From NCBI GenBank assembly GCA_964016885.1, contig OZ024746.1, positions 79,980,001 through 80,044,000 of the forward strand: a stretch of DNA of 64,000 nucleotides. The letters run 5' to 3'. Under the pieces are notes generated by a model. The model was given only the letters and a program-made list of their open reading frames with translations, was not told where the DNA came from and did no database searches. This DNA comes from Eledone cirrhosa (lineage: Eukaryota). Both the position numbers and the translations under genes were made by a program. This document shows, piece after piece, positions 61,214-64,000 of this stretch (positions within the stretch are counted from its first letter, which is position 1; each line of letters opens with the position of its first letter).

Positions 61214-61399
61214 TGCTACTGTACGTCTGTATACATATATGTATGTACGTATACATACATACTTACATATATATATTTAAATATATATATATGTGTGTGT
61301 GTGTGCGTGCGTGTGTGTGTGTATGTGTGTGCGTGTGTGTGTGTGTGTGTTAAACGAAACATTCCATACTGTCTAACTACAAACATGTGTACCCTGGTT

Positions 61400-62110
61400 G
61401 ACGATGTAAGTATAAGTGAAGAGAAAGACTTCCAGAAATACAAAATGTTATAGAATGTGCAGTACCAATTTGTATAGAGTAACTTCGAGTAAAACAAGCA
61501 AGAACAAAAGACCGAGATATAGTACCATTTGTAGTTACACACAATCCATATCATCAAAATACTTTCAAAGTTGCTACATCAAATATATCGATAATCAAAC
61601 AAAGTAATAAACTAAAAGATGTAATTACTGATAGAAAGAGTATTCAAAGCAAACGACAACCAAATAGTTACAAGCGATTCTAAACAAATCTAAACAACAG
61701 CAATAAAATCTTCACAGAATCTAAGTGTCAATGCAGTCGTTGTTCTACATATCAATTCATACATGTTGGCATTTATATCAACATAAAGGCCGGGCGGATG
61801 ATATATGTGAGTAAAAATATAAACTGTACATGCAGAAATCTGATTTACTCTATCAAATGCCCGAATTGCGAAGAAATATTCATTGGTCAGAAAGTATGCG
61901 ATTGTACCATCACCGGATTAATTGTTTCTACATTTGGCACAAGGCCAGTAATTACCCAGTGCATTACTGGTACTTTATTTTATCGACAGATTAATGACGC
62001 TAAATTTAGATAGATCCCTTTATGTGGTCATTTGAAAATAGGCTGCAATAAAAATTATTCCCATTTTTGAAAATTTCATGACTTAAATGATGTACAAAAA
62101 ATGGTAAAAG
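61400..62110 (+). pseudogene. Penelope-like (Neptune-type) ORF fossil: RT-EN linker and GIY-YIG endonuclease
   Basis: IVPFVVTHNP, IQSKRQPNSYK, NINCTCRNLIYSIKCPNCEEIFIGQ, QINDAKFR*IPLCGHL; stops and frameshifts. Confidence 0.82.
61918..61986 (-). mobile_element. 5'-truncated SINE inserted into the PLE fossil
   Basis: SINE 3' end only; GATTAAT repeated on both sides. Confidence 0.85.
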
Positions 62111-62122
62111 AAAAGAATTATA

Positions 62123-62245
<123 letters not shown>

Positions 62246-62246
62246 T

Positions 62247-62314
<68 letters not shown>

Positions 62315-62318
62315 AATA

Positions 62319-62393
<75 letters not shown>

Positions 62394-62398
<5 letters not shown>

Positions 62399-62502
62399 AG
62401 GTGTAGTCAGATACCAGGTGAACCATAACGCACCAGAGTACTCGATATTTAGTACTCGAAACGGCTGGATCTCAGCCGTCGGGGTCCTGACTCTTTTCCT
62501 TG
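62394..62502. mobile_element. PLE-derived tail (-) fused to a hammerhead 3' half (+)
   Basis: GAAACGGCT-GGATCTC-AGCCGTC-GGGG...CTTTTCCT; same family as 4453-4560. Confidence 0.7.
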
Positions 62503-62558
62503 TATATATATAAACCTTTGTTTGTACTGCCTCTCTGTTTTTGTTCCCGTTCAAATTT

Positions 62559-62667
<109 letters not shown>

Positions 62668-62817
62668 GAACCAAATAAATATATATATTTTTTTTTAATA
62701 AGACTCCAGTTGCATTTTCGATTTCATCTTTTTTTCTTTATACTTTAACTCGTGTAGGACACCTCGGTTATTTTTCATTTTGTAAAAAAACCTCACTTTC
62801 TAATATATAATTATATA

Positions 62818-63895
62818 TATATATCATAAAACATGTCTATAGAATCACCACATAAAATATATACCGTTTCCTCTCCCAATTAGCATAATTAACCATATAA
62901 AAAATCAATTAGACCAAGCTATAAGAATAAAAGCTTCTATGAAGAAATCTCCGACAAATAACCGAAAGCAGCCTCTTCGCGGCGGTTACCACGGAGTATT
63001 TATCGAATATTTCGACAGCATGTATAAATCGACCAGATATACAGTCAACTAAACAGAATTAGGTGTAAAATAAACTAGGAGAAAAGTGTACATATTTAAT
63101 TACCTCTACCATGGTTTCGTCCACATTTTAAGACATCCGATAACATGGGATATCTAGAGCTTCGGATTCTTCAAGAGTTAGCTCAAATTTAGACAATTAA
63201 TTTTCCAAAGTGATCGCGCCAAGAATACATTAAAAAATGGCTAAGAATCGTGACGTGGCAGCGGTCAAGTTAGAAAGGATGTGATTAGTTGCTTACGGCT
63301 GGTAGGCTTTTTGCTAGAAAGCGCAGCCCAATACAGCCAAATTGTATCTCAACCTAACGGGAGATTATTACATATAAAGGTTTACATATATATATATATA
63401 TAAAGTCATAGATATATGTGTCTTGCAACGGGTCACGTTGTGGCTCAATGAAGAATTAATAAATTAAATAATCAGAGCTATATATCATAAAACATGTCTA
63501 TAGAATCACCAGATAAAATATATACCGTTTCCTCTCCCAATTAGTATAATTAACCATATAAAAAATCAATTAGACCAAGCTATAAGAATAAAGGCTTCTA
63601 TGAAGAAATCTCCGACAAATAACCGAAAGCAGCCCCTTCGCGGCGGTTACGACGGAGTATTTATCGAATATTTCGACAGCATATATAAATCGACCAGATA
63701 TACAGTCAACTAAACAGAATTAGGTGTAAAATAAGCTAGAAGAAATGCGTACATATTTAATTACCTCTACCATGGTTTCGTCCGCATTTTAAGACATCCG
63801 ATAACATGGGATATCTAGAGCTTCGGATTCTTCAGGAAGTTAGCTCAAATTTAGACAATTAATTTTCCAAAGTGATCACGCCAAGAATACATTCA
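62818..63895 (-). mobile_element. Partial tandem of PLE terminal repeats (~410-bp direct repeat, 661-bp offset)
   Basis: 62821-63231 versus 63482-63893; TA runs at junctions; hammerhead in each copy. Confidence 0.8.
63763..63840 (-). ncRNA. Hammerhead ribozyme candidate with extended stem II (mutated twin at 63102-63178)
   Basis: ACTTC-CTGAAGA-A-TCCG..AGATATCC..GGATGTCT..CGGA-C-GAAA-CCATGG-T-A-GAGGT. Confidence 0.65.
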
Positions 63896-64000
63896 ATATA
63901 TATATATATACATTGGTAGAAATCCGTAGTTGAGAGATCAAGGAAAACAGTGCTCGATCTGTTGGCAGAGAGCTTCTTTAATGTAAACAAAGTTTCATAC

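Overview
AT-rich, very microsatellite-dense eukaryotic intronic/intergenic DNA. The SINE sequences and repeat landscape suggest an octopod cephalopod (inference). There is no intact host gene, and nearly all six-frame ORFs are translated simple repeats. Recognisable content: (1) three independent 5'-truncated copies of a Tx1/L1-clade non-LTR retrotransposon, each inside a (TATC)n/(GATA)n tract in the same relative orientation; (2) many Penelope-like element (PLE) remnants embedded in (TA)n, including two GIY-YIG endonuclease fragments, several hammerhead-ribozyme motifs and a recurring 'inverted arm + one-sided tail' architecture with a shared RCTC...TTGAGY stem; (3) about 20 tRNA-derived SINE copies; (4) RTE LINE derivatives (one internally deleted, one carrying three C2H2 fingers), a mariner fossil and several MITEs; (5) a ~7.7 kb duplication across a 200-N gap that is most likely an uncollapsed haplotype overlap; (6) a few candidate small spliced exons. 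All calls are by eye and no database searches were run.
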